A stretch of DNA of 64,000 nt, from assembly GCA_002314835.1 (NCBI GenBank), contig DCHM01000008.1, positions 1,843 to 65,842 of the forward strand, in the 5' to 3' direction. Of the stretch, positions 7,848 through 15,294 are shown one piece after another (positions within the stretch are counted from its first letter, which is position 1; each line of letters begins with the position of its first letter). The notes beneath the pieces are model-generated. The model worked only from the letters and a program-made list of their open reading frames with translations. It was not told the origin of the DNA and did no database searches. Source of the DNA: Clostridiales bacterium UBA1752. Its GTDB lineage: Bacteria > Bacillota > Clostridia > Oscillospirales > CAG-382. A program made the translations under genes and the position numbers.

Positions 7848-8546
7848 ATGCACGAGAGAATATACACTATTCCGGTCAACGAAGCGTTTGACACCCCCGA
7901 CACCGAGTGTCCGTTTTGCAAGCTGTACCAAAAGCTCGAAAAAGACGAGCTCGACCTCATCCTCGGCGCCTCGATGATGGAACCCGACGTCCGCATACGC
8001 ACCAACAAGCTCGGCTTTTGCGGTCATCACTACGCGCAGATGTTCGTGCGCAACAACCGCCTGCAGATGGCGCTGACGCTCGAGTCGCATCTCGAGCAGC
8101 TAAAGGGCGAGATTAAGCTCGGCGGACTGCTTGCACGCGATAAGGGCGCAAAGCCCTCCGAGAGGATAAGCGAGCTCGAGAGCACCTGCTACGTCTGCGA
8201 GCGAATAGAGGACAAAATATCCAAGATGTTTACCACCGCGGCGTACCTCTTTGCAGAAGAGGCGGATTTTAAAAACAAATTTAAGTCACGCAAGGTCATC
8301 TGCCTGCCGCATTACCGCATACTGCTTTCCGCAGCCAAAAACTGCCTGCCAAAGTCTGACTACGCCGAGCTGTGCGAGGAATCAGACCGTATCGTTACCG
8401 ATTATCTCGCGTCGCTCAAAGACGACATCAGCTGGTTTTGCAAAAAGTTTGACTATCGCTTTGACGCCGAACCGTGGGGCAACAGCCGCGACTCGGTAGA
8501 GCGTTCAATCAAGTTTCTCTGCGGCGAAGAGCCGCTCTTAAAGTAA
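7848..8546 (+). CDS. Cys/His-rich protein of unknown function (probable Zn-binding; I believe a DUF-type family of Firmicutes)
   Basis: Start moved to ATG 7848 (RBS aaggag 7836-7841). Motifs are CPFC, FCGHHY, CYVCE and CLPHY. 232 aa. Confidence 0.75.
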   Translation: MHERIYTIPVNEAFDTPDTECPFCKLYQKLEKDELDLILGASMMEPDVRIRTNKLGFCGHHYAQMFVRNNRLQMALTLESHLEQLKGEIKLGGLLARDKGAKPSERISELESTCYVCERIEDKISKMFTTAAYLFAEEADFKNKFKSRKVICLPHYRILLSAAKNCLPKSDYAELCEESDRIVTDYLASLKDDISWFCKKFDYRFDAEPWGNSRDSVERSIKFLCGEEPLLK

Positions 8547-8558
8547 GCGAGGCACATA

Positions 8559-9383
8559 ATGAAAGTAATTTCGACTGCCGACGGCATAAAGCTCACGGGC
8601 CTTACGCACTTTGACCTCGAGCAAACCTTTTGCTGCGGTCAATGCTTTAGATTTGACAGATTTGACGGCGGTTTTAAGGGCATTGCCTACGGCAAAATCA
8701 TAGAATGCCGCAATATTGACGACGGCGTACTCCTAAAAGGCGTGTCAAAATCCGATTTTGATAATATATGGTACGACTATTTTGATTTTGGCACCGATTA
8801 TCAGGCGATTATCGACTCCTTCCCAACCGACGCCCACCTCTCTACTGCAACCTCAGCTTGCGGCGGCATACATATCTTAAACCAAGAGCCGTGGGAGGCT
8901 CTGTGCTCGTTCGTCGTTTCGCAAAATAATAATATCCCCCGTATCAAAAAGATTATTTCTACCATGTGCGCGTCATTCGGCGAGCAGATAGGTGACGGCT
9001 CGTACGCCTTCCCCACTGCAAAGACGCTCGCAGGCTTAAAAGAATCAGACCTCGACCTCCTGCACTGCGGCTACCGCGCGCCTTATATCATCGAGGCGGC
9101 AAAGCGCTACGCGGACGGCAGTATAAACCCCGATACAATCCGCGCCATGAGCTATCAGGACGCAAAAAAAGCTCTGCTTTCGGTCAAGGGCATAGGTCCC
9201 AAGGTCGCCGACTGCGCTCTGCTCTTCGGCTTTGGCTTCAGACAGGCGTTCCCTATCGACACTTGGGTAAAAAAGGTTATGCGCGAACGCTACGGCGACA
9301 GGTTTGACCCGAGCTATTTCGGAGCCTACGCAGGCGTGGCACAGCAATACCTGTTTTATTATGAACGGGGCACCCGAGAGTAA
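8559..9383 (+). CDS. ogg: 8-oxoguanine DNA glycosylase / DNA lyase (HhH-GPD superfamily, Ogg type)
   Basis: 274 aa. The helix-hairpin-helix plus Gly/Pro-Asp region is LSVKGIGPKVADCALLFGFGFRQAFPIDTWVKKV. Confidence 0.8.
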   Translation: MKVISTADGIKLTGLTHFDLEQTFCCGQCFRFDRFDGGFKGIAYGKIIECRNIDDGVLLKGVSKSDFDNIWYDYFDFGTDYQAIIDSFPTDAHLSTATSACGGIHILNQEPWEALCSFVVSQNNNIPRIKKIISTMCASFGEQIGDGSYAFPTAKTLAGLKESDLDLLHCGYRAPYIIEAAKRYADGSINPDTIRAMSYQDAKKALLSVKGIGPKVADCALLFGFGFRQAFPIDTWVKKVMRERYGDRFDPSYFGAYAGVAQQYLFYYERGTRE

Positions 9384-9433
9384 CAGTTTTTGCCTTCATC
9401 CCATATTATAGCGATGAAGGGAGGCGAACTCTT

Positions 9434-9523
9434 GTGGCTTGCTTTGACAATCTTTTCGGTAACAACTGCAACTGGGTCATCATACTCATCGCTATCGTGA
9501 TAGTGTGCTGCTGCTGCGGTTAA
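9434..9523 (+). CDS. Tiny (29 aa) Cys-rich single-TM peptide, not in ORF track
   Basis: GTG 9434 is preceded by gggagg (9 nt spacing) and encodes MACFDNLFGNNCNWVIILIAIVIVCCCCG*. It is followed by a strong terminator at 9537-9570. It resembles the tiny TM (YjcZ-like) peptides of spore formers. Confidence 0.45.
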   Translation: MACFDNLFGNNCNWVIILIAIVIVCCCCG

Positions 9524-9536
9524 AAAATCGGCATCC

Positions 9537-9570
9537 GGCTTTTGCGGCGTGGCTGCAAAAGCCATTTTTT
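9537..9570 (+). terminator. Rho-independent terminator
   Basis: GGCTTTTGC-ggcgtggct-GCAAAAGCC followed by aTTTTTT. Confidence 0.7.
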
Positions 9571-9594
9571 GTGCTCGGTTTTATACAAAATCTA

Positions 9595-9623
9595 TTGACA
9601 TTAGGGCATTGTATTTGTATAAT
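9595..9623 (+). promoter_or_regulatory. Perfect-consensus sigma-A promoter for CDS 9659-12604
   Basis: TTGACA (9595-9600), a 17-nt spacer and TATAAT (9618-9623). RBS aaggag is at 9646-9651. Confidence 0.65.
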
Positions 9624-9658
9624 ATATCTACCAAATAAAATACATAAGGAGAATTATC

Positions 9659-12604
9659 ATGCTAAAGAGAATCATTGCCGCCGCACTTGCTCTGATGCTG
9701 GTCGCAGTCCTCTGCGCTACGTCGGTTTTTGCGGCTTATGACAAGACAAAACTGAATCTCGGCTCCCCTGTCGAAACGTATGAGGTCGCCAGTGGTGTCA
9801 CGCTAACCGAGTACAACGTCGTTTCAGGCGTCAGCACTTCTAACCAGCCCGTGCAGACAGACGTGCTCACATTTAATTCCACGGATTATATCCCCGTAGT
9901 TTATTCCGCTTATGCAGGCAACTCTGCAAAGCTCTCTACTCAGTACTCCATCGCTACCGCCAAGGACGGCTATGATGTCGTAGGCGTTATCAACGGTTCG
10001 TTCTTCAGCATGGACAACCAGGGCTACGGCAACTACGGCATACTGACCGGCTCTATCGTTTCGGACGGCAAGATTTGCTCTGCTCACGCAGGCAATCTGC
10101 AGGACGTTATCGCGTTTATGTCGGACGGCAGCATGGTAGCTTGCTCCTCCAAGATAGATTACAAGCTGTTTTTTGACGGCTCGTTGCTCGACGGAGCTAT
10201 CCACTATATCAACAAGCACAGCGGTGACAAGAGTGCCAACAACTGGGCAGACGGCGTTTACTATTACGACACCGACTGCGGCAGAATAGCCGACACTCAG
10301 GCGTGCAACCCCGGCTACGAAATCATCTGCGAAAAAATCAACAACACCGAGCTCACCATCGGCGGCACCCTCGTCGGCAAGGTTCTCGAAATCAAAGAGA
10401 ACAGCTACGGCGCGAGCGTCAGCACCAGCGGTGACGTGCTCTCCAATAAGTTTGTGCTCTTCTGCAAGACCGGCAGCAAGTGGGCAAACCAGTTTAAGTC
10501 GCTCAAAGTCGGCTCTACCATCGAGCTCTCCGCTGACGAAGCAGTAACCGCTTCGCAGGAGATTACCCGCAACGCAAACTCCATCATCCCCAACGTCGGC
10601 TGGCTCGTCAAGGACGGCAAGGATATGTCCGAGGTCAACTCCCAAATCGGCACTCACGGTGTAGAAACCACCGCCGCTCAGTGGACTGCATTCGGCACCA
10701 AGCCCGACGGCACTTACGTATTCATCACCAGCAGCTCGGTTGACCGCGCAGGCGGACAAACCCTCTATCTCAAGGATATTGCCAAGATAATGATACAGCT
10801 CGGCTGCACCAACGTCATCCGTATGGACGGCGGCGGATCTACCGCTATGTATCTTTCCAACACCGGCAAAGGCGAAAAAGGCTACAAGCTCGTTACCGAG
10901 GATAGATCGGTAGGCGACTGCATCCTCATCGTAAAGCGCTCTTCAATGCAAAAGCAAGAGTACAAGGACGCGCTTTCCTCCGCTATCGCCGCGGCAGAAA
11001 AAATCGTTGACGAATCTACTCCCGACGCTATTAAAGAAGCCATCGCAGACGGCAAGACCGTCCTCGCCGCCAAGACCTCGGTCAACGGCGACTACGTCAA
11101 AGCCGCTATGAATATCCTCAAAGCAACCGGCGGCAAGGCAGAGCTTGATTCTCTGCTCTCCGCTTGCTCTAACATCAAGGCAAGCGACTACTCCGAAATC
11201 GCTTTGAATGAGATTTGGGCTGCATACTCCAATGCAGTAGCAGTCCGCGCAGACGCCAAGGCAACCGCAGTTGATTATGACTCTGCGGCTTCCGCACTCA
11301 AAGTAGCCATCAACAAGATAGGCGCTATCGACTACAACATAGCTCCTACCGCCTCCCTCAAGCTTTCGAGCCCCAGAGGCAGCTATGCGGCAAACCTCGT
11401 TGACGGCGTATTCTCGGGCGCACTCTACGGCACCGATACCGTTTGGTACGGCTTTACCACTAACGGCTCGGCAGAGTTTGACTTTGGCAAAAAGATAGAC
11501 AATCTCAGCAACGTAACGCTTTGCCTGCTGCCCAACAACAGCGGCGACGGCGTCGTATGCCCCAACTATATCAAGGCTTACACCTCCGACGACGGCAAAA
11601 ACTGGACCGAACGCTCGGCTAAGGTTTACAGCGACAAAAACTTTGCGGAATACGACAAATACCACGCAAAGAGCACGACCGCTACATACTGGGAGACGTT
11701 TGACCTCGGCGGTGTCAGCGCTCGTTACGTCAAGCTGAGCATCGACGGCGCGTGGACGTTCATCAGCGAAATCAACGTCAACATCGCCGCAAAGCCTATC
11801 CAAAATTCTCTCTTTGTCAGCGACTTTAACAAGTCTATCGAAGCAGGCGACACCACTATCTTTACCTCTGCTTTTGCGAGCGTTAAAGGCGGCAAGCTCC
11901 TCTCCGGCGACGCCAACCTCAACTGGACTCAGACGGTCGTATTCAAAAAGGTCAGCGACGACACCTATCAGGTAGTCGAGAACGTCAGCAACCCCGGCGC
12001 AAGCAAGACGTTTACCATCCCCGAGGGCGGCTTTATACTAGCGGCGCACTGGGACGACTCCAACTCGGACGCTTCCGTAATCGAATCCACCAAAGCAAAC
12101 CGCAACGCAATAGCCGCTATCGGCGTAGGTTATCAGATACAGCTCGTCGGCGTTGACGTAGCCAAGCAGTCGTTTATGCCCGGCGCATACATCATCGCTA
12201 CCGGCGTAAAGGGCGACAGTGAAACCTCTAAAGAAGAATCTAAAGAAGAGTCCAAAGAGGAATCTAAGGAAGAATCCAAGGAAGAGTCTAAAGAGGAATC
12301 CAAAGAAGAGTCCGCTACCGTATCCGAGACCGAGTCTGCGGTAGAATCCGCGGCAGAGTCCGAAACCGAATCGGTCACCGAATCCGCAGCGGAGTCCGAG
12401 GCTGAATCTGCAGCCGAATCGGAGGCTGAATCAGAGCCTGTCGAATCCGAGCCGGCAGAGTCTCTTGACGAATCTAAGACGGCTGACGAAAGCACCATCC
12501 CCGCTAACGCAGGCTCGGGTCTGCTCTGGCTGTGGATAGTTATCGGCGTAGTAGCCGTAGCCGCTATCGTAGTCGTTATAATCCTCGTAACCAAAAAGAA
12601 ATAA
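9659..12604 (+). CDS. Large surface protein: signal peptide, phosphodiester-glycosidase (NAGPA-like) domain, discoidin/F5-8-type-C-like domain, (EESK)7 and acidic S/E/A stalk, C-terminal TM plus KKK
   Basis: 981 aa. VGVINGSFF and NVIRMDGGGSTAMY are NAGPA/DUF2233 hallmarks. NLVDGV...YIKAYTSDDGKNWTE...ARYVKLSI is discoidin-like. The C-terminus is GLLWLWIVIGVVAVAAIVVVIILVTKKK. Confidence 0.85.
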   Translation: MLKRIIAAALALMLVAVLCATSVFAAYDKTKLNLGSPVETYEVASGVTLTEYNVVSGVSTSNQPVQTDVLTFNSTDYIPVVYSAYAGNSAKLSTQYSIATAKDGYDVVGVINGSFFSMDNQGYGNYGILTGSIVSDGKICSAHAGNLQDVIAFMSDGSMVACSSKIDYKLFFDGSLLDGAIHYINKHSGDKSANNWADGVYYYDTDCGRIADTQACNPGYEIICEKINNTELTIGGTLVGKVLEIKENSYGASVSTSGDVLSNKFVLFCKTGSKWANQFKSLKVGSTIELSADEAVTASQEITRNANSIIPNVGWLVKDGKDMSEVNSQIGTHGVETTAAQWTAFGTKPDGTYVFITSSSVDRAGGQTLYLKDIAKIMIQLGCTNVIRMDGGGSTAMYLSNTGKGEKGYKLVTEDRSVGDCILIVKRSSMQKQEYKDALSSAIAAAEKIVDESTPDAIKEAIADGKTVLAAKTSVNGDYVKAAMNILKATGGKAELDSLLSACSNIKASDYSEIALNEIWAAYSNAVAVRADAKATAVDYDSAASALKVAINKIGAIDYNIAPTASLKLSSPRGSYAANLVDGVFSGALYGTDTVWYGFTTNGSAEFDFGKKIDNLSNVTLCLLPNNSGDGVVCPNYIKAYTSDDGKNWTERSAKVYSDKNFAEYDKYHAKSTTATYWETFDLGGVSARYVKLSIDGAWTFISEINVNIAAKPIQNSLFVSDFNKSIEAGDTTIFTSAFASVKGGKLLSGDANLNWTQTVVFKKVSDDTYQVVENVSNPGASKTFTIPEGGFILAAHWDDSNSDASVIESTKANRNAIAAIGVGYQIQLVGVDVAKQSFMPGAYIIATGVKGDSETSKEESKEESKEESKEESKEESKEESKEESATVSETESAVESAAESETESVTESAAESEAESAAESEAESEPVESEPAESLDESKTADESTIPANAGSGLLWLWIVIGVVAVAAIVVVIILVTKKK
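12221..12313 (+). repeat. In-frame 12-nt tandem repeat, (EESK)x7, followed by an ES/AES-rich low-complexity tract to ~12490
   Basis: gaaacctctaaa then gaagaatctaaa/gaagagtccaaa/gaggaatctaag... gives ETSKEESKEESKEESKEESKEESKEESKEES. Confidence 0.9.
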
Positions 12605-12621
12605 AGCTTTATAACCCACAA

Positions 12622-12648
12622 AGGTCGCCGTTATCGGCGGCCTTTTTA
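12622..12648 (+). terminator. Rho-independent terminator
   Basis: AGGTCGCCG-ttat-CGGCGGCCT followed by a T-run, 18 nt after the stop. Confidence 0.75.
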
Positions 12649-12687
12649 CTCGTTGCGCTCTATTATTTACCTCTTGGCAAAAAGGCA

Positions 12688-12716
12688 TTTACAAATCGGT
12701 TTATGGAGTGTAAAAT
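12688..12716 (+). promoter_or_regulatory. Sigma-A-type promoter for the LytTR/LiaF-like pair
   Basis: TTTACA (12688-12693), a 17-nt spacer and TAAAAT (12711-12716). RBS gaggtgagga precedes ATG 12735. Confidence 0.5.
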
Positions 12717-12734
12717 GTTTTTTGAGGTGAGGAC

Positions 12735-13190
12735 ATGAAGATAAGCATACAAATCAGCGACGCCGACGACGAGGAAATCATCGTCAAGTGCAAGTCGATG
12801 GACAAGCTAAAGTTCATCCAAAACGCTCTCGCCGAGGCGCTTGGCAAACAGAGCGAGATACAGCTCGAGCTCGGTGTCAAATCGTTTTATATCAAGATAA
12901 ACGACATACTCTTTTTTGAGACCGACGGCAACCGCACCTGCGCACACACCGCAAAAGCCATCTACACCACGGACAAAAAGCTGTATGAGCTCGAAGGCTT
13001 GCTGCCGCACTCATTCGTCAAAGCGTCCAAGTCCTGCATTATCAACACCTCGCTCATCTCCTCGGTAGCGCGCAACCTCACCGGCCCGTCCGAGGCAGAG
13101 TTTATCGGCACTACAAAAACGGCATTCGTTTCGCGCAAATATTATAAAGACTTTATCGAAAGAATCAATCAAACGAGGTTATCAAAATGA
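12735..13190 (+). CDS. Stand-alone LytTR-family DNA-binding protein (no receiver domain)
   Basis: 151 aa. The LytTR signature is FYIKINDILFFETDGNRTCAHTAKAIYTTDKKLYELEGLLPHSFVKASKSCIIN. The N-terminal ~45 aa is too short for a REC domain. Confidence 0.85.
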   Translation: MKISIQISDADDEEIIVKCKSMDKLKFIQNALAEALGKQSEIQLELGVKSFYIKINDILFFETDGNRTCAHTAKAIYTTDKKLYELEGLLPHSFVKASKSCIINTSLISSVARNLTGPSEAEFIGTTKTAFVSRKYYKDFIERINQTRLSK

Positions 13191-13909
13191 AAAAGCCAAA
13201 CCGTACACGCATCTTTTGGGGCATTTCTATCGTCATTATCGCCTTACTGCTCATATTCAACGCAGTAGGACAGTCGCTCGGCATACTCGACATAGGCGGT
13301 CTGCCTGTTATCCGCATCGTTTTGGGCGGTATCTTCCTCGCATACGCAATAGCCGAGACCGTCAAAGGCAAGCCTCAGCACATCTTTTTTCCGCTTGCGT
13401 TCATAGTCATTTTGTTTAAGAGCGAGTTGCTTACCATCTGCGGCATAAACCCCGACAGCATTTCGTCGTGGCTCATACTCGCCGTTGCGCTGCTCTTGAC
13501 CGTCGGCGTCAGTATGCTCATCCCACACAAGTCAAAATATAAGATAAACGGCGAGTTTGTCATAGACAACAATTCTTCCGATAAAAAGAATATCGAAAAC
13601 AACCTCTCCGAAAAAACCCAATACATTGACTGCACCGATTTTAACGAAATGCGTATCGAAAACAATCTCGGCTCATTAAGCGTTTATTTTACAAACGTTG
13701 AGAGCTTTGTTTCGGGCAGCCGCCTCGTGCTCGAAAACAATCTCGGCTCCATAAACCTCCATATCCCTGCCGCATGGAAGTGTGACTGCAAGTTTGACAA
13801 CACGATAGGCAAAGTCAATTTCCCAAAAGAGAGGACGGCAGAAGCCACCGCACAGCTCAATATAGTAGGCGAAAACAACCTCGGCTTAATAAACGTACAG
13901 TATTGCTGA
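13187..13909 (+). CDS. LiaF-like membrane protein (4 TM N-terminus plus beta-rich C-terminal domain with repeated ENNLGS motif)
   Basis: 240 aa with an ATGA start/stop overlap with the LytTR gene. There are four hydrophobic helices. The C-terminal motifs are IENNLGSLSVYF, LENNLGSINLHIP and GENNLGLINVQY, as in LiaF/DUF2154-type domains. Confidence 0.75.
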   Translation: MKKPNRTRIFWGISIVIIALLLIFNAVGQSLGILDIGGLPVIRIVLGGIFLAYAIAETVKGKPQHIFFPLAFIVILFKSELLTICGINPDSISSWLILAVALLLTVGVSMLIPHKSKYKINGEFVIDNNSSDKKNIENNLSEKTQYIDCTDFNEMRIENNLGSLSVYFTNVESFVSGSRLVLENNLGSINLHIPAAWKCDCKFDNTIGKVNFPKERTAEATAQLNIVGENNLGLINVQYC

Positions 13910-13936
13910 CATCAAATCAAGGTAAAAACACAATAC

Positions 13937-13971
13937 GCCGACTGAAAAAAGTTTTTTCGGTCGGCTTTTTT
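13937..13971 (+). terminator. Rho-independent terminator
   Basis: GCCGACTGAAAAAA-g-TTTTTTCGGTCGGC is a long hairpin followed by TTTTTT. Confidence 0.75.
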
Positions 13972-14047
13972 GATTAAATGAATTGTTGCTTTTGCAACAT
14001 TTGTATCTAAGCAAGCCGACGCGCATATACTCTTGCGGAGGGTTTAT

Positions 14048-14740
14048 ATGTTTACGGCTATATTTAATCTTTTATCCCGATTTATCGGGCTGTTTCTGCG
14101 CACCGACAGCGGCTCGTTTCCGCCTCAGCTCAGCGCCGCCGAAGAGAGGCGGCTTTTTACTCTCGCGCGCACCGGCGACAGGCAAGCGAGGTCGCGGCTT
14201 ATTGAACACAACCTGCGCCTCGTCGCACACATAGTAAAAAAATATTACACCGCGTGCGAGGAGCAGGACGACCTTATTTCGATAGGCACGGTCGGTCTAA
14301 TCAAGGCGATTGATTCTTTCGACACCAAAAACGGCGCACGCTTGGCGACTTACGCAGGCAAGTGCATACAAAACGAAATACTGATGTATTTCAGAGCGCA
14401 AAAAAAGTATGCAAACGAGGTTTCTCTGGGTGAAGCGGTAGATACCGACAAGGACGGCAATCCACTCACCTACATAGACATACTCGCATCGGACGAGGAC
14501 GTGACCGAAACAATCGCCGAGTCGTCACTGAGAGGCGAGCTGATAACCGCGATAAGGCGCACGCTCAACAGCCGCGAGGCCGAAATCATAGTGCTCCGCA
14601 TGGGCTTGCAGGGGCGAGAGCCTATGCCTCAGCGAGCCGTAGCCGAGCATCTCGGCATTTCTCGCTCTTACGTTTCGCGTATTGAAAAGACCGCTCTCGC
14701 CAAGCTCAAAAATTATCTCTTATTAAACGGTTACAAATGA
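14048..14740 (+). CDS. sigK: Sporulation sigma factor K (pro-sigma-K), uninterrupted
   Basis: Start at ATG 14048 (RBS ggaggg). A pro-sequence-like N-terminus is followed by FPPQLSAAEE. LIEHNLRLVAHIVKKY, DLISIGTVGLIKAIDSF and GISRSYVSRIEKTAL closely match B. subtilis SigK regions 2 to 4. Confidence 0.88.
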   Translation: MFTAIFNLLSRFIGLFLRTDSGSFPPQLSAAEERRLFTLARTGDRQARSRLIEHNLRLVAHIVKKYYTACEEQDDLISIGTVGLIKAIDSFDTKNGARLATYAGKCIQNEILMYFRAQKKYANEVSLGEAVDTDKDGNPLTYIDILASDEDVTETIAESSLRGELITAIRRTLNSREAEIIVLRMGLQGREPMPQRAVAEHLGISRSYVSRIEKTALAKLKNYLLLNGYK

Positions 14741-14750
14741 CACAAAAGGG

Positions 14751-14779
14751 TTGCAGTTTGCGACGAAATGTATTATAAT
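14751..14779 (+). promoter_or_regulatory. Sigma-A-type promoter
   Basis: TTGCAG (14751-14756), a 17-nt spacer and TATAAT (14774-14779). Confidence 0.5.
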
Positions 14780-14808
14780 GTATCTAAATAACAAGCAAGG
14801 AATACAAT

Positions 14809-15282
14809 ATGAATAATCTCATATACGTTTTTTTGATGAGTATGGTGCCTATCTGCGAGCTGCGGGGTGCTATCCCCCTCGGTTTCGGTCTCGGGCTAAA
14901 CCCTGCGCTCGTAGTGCTCGCCGCAGTCATAGGCAACCTGCTGCCCATGCCTTTCGTCATACTTTTCGGCGGCAAGATACTGAGATTTTTTGCAAAATAT
15001 CCCAAGTTCGGCAGACCTTTTAGATGGTTTTTGTCGCTCGGTGAGCGCAAGACCTCGCGTATGCTTAAAACGGGCAAAAAGCTGTTTTGGGGGCTTACGA
15101 CCTTCGTCGCCATACCTTTGCCGATGACCGGAGCATGGACGGGCGCTCTTATCTCCATAACCTTGGGACTGGACGTCAAAAAAGCAATGCCACCTATCAT
15201 GCTCGGCGTCGCCATCGCAGGCGCGATAATCACGGCTTGCTTCTTTTGGCTTTCTCCCGATATTTTCGCGGCGATTTTTTAG
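14809..15282 (+). CDS. Small multidrug-export-like membrane protein (COG2426 family)
   Basis: 157 aa, hydrophobic. The N-terminal motif MSMVPICELRGAIPLG is typical of this family. Confidence 0.7.
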   Translation: MNNLIYVFLMSMVPICELRGAIPLGFGLGLNPALVVLAAVIGNLLPMPFVILFGGKILRFFAKYPKFGRPFRWFLSLGERKTSRMLKTGKKLFWGLTTFVAIPLPMTGAWTGALISITLGLDVKKAMPPIMLGVAIAGAIITACFFWLSPDIFAAIF

Positions 15283-15294
15283 CGGAGGGACACT

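Noticed and set aside
9359-9565. 68-aa minus-strand ORF in the ogg-downstream gap
   Set aside because: It overlaps the ogg 3' end, has no RBS, and runs antisense through the plus-strand terminator. The plus-strand 29-codon frame with RBS and terminator explains the region better.
12221-12480. Short tandem repeats that could superficially resemble a CRISPR-like or satellite array
   Set aside because: The period is 12 nt, perfectly in frame within a long CDS, encoding EESK and ES-rich low-complexity peptide. There is no spacer structure and there are no cas genes.
13980-14047. CATATACT (14024-14031) as a SigE/SigK-type -10 element for sigK
   Set aside because: The implied transcription start would fall on or after the GGAGGG ribosome-binding site, and the -35 match is poor. 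There is not enough support to annotate it.
14048-14740. Looked for a skin-like intervening element or split sigK
   Set aside because: The reading frame is continuous and collinear with full-length SigK (regions 2 to 4 present). No recombinase gene is nearby.
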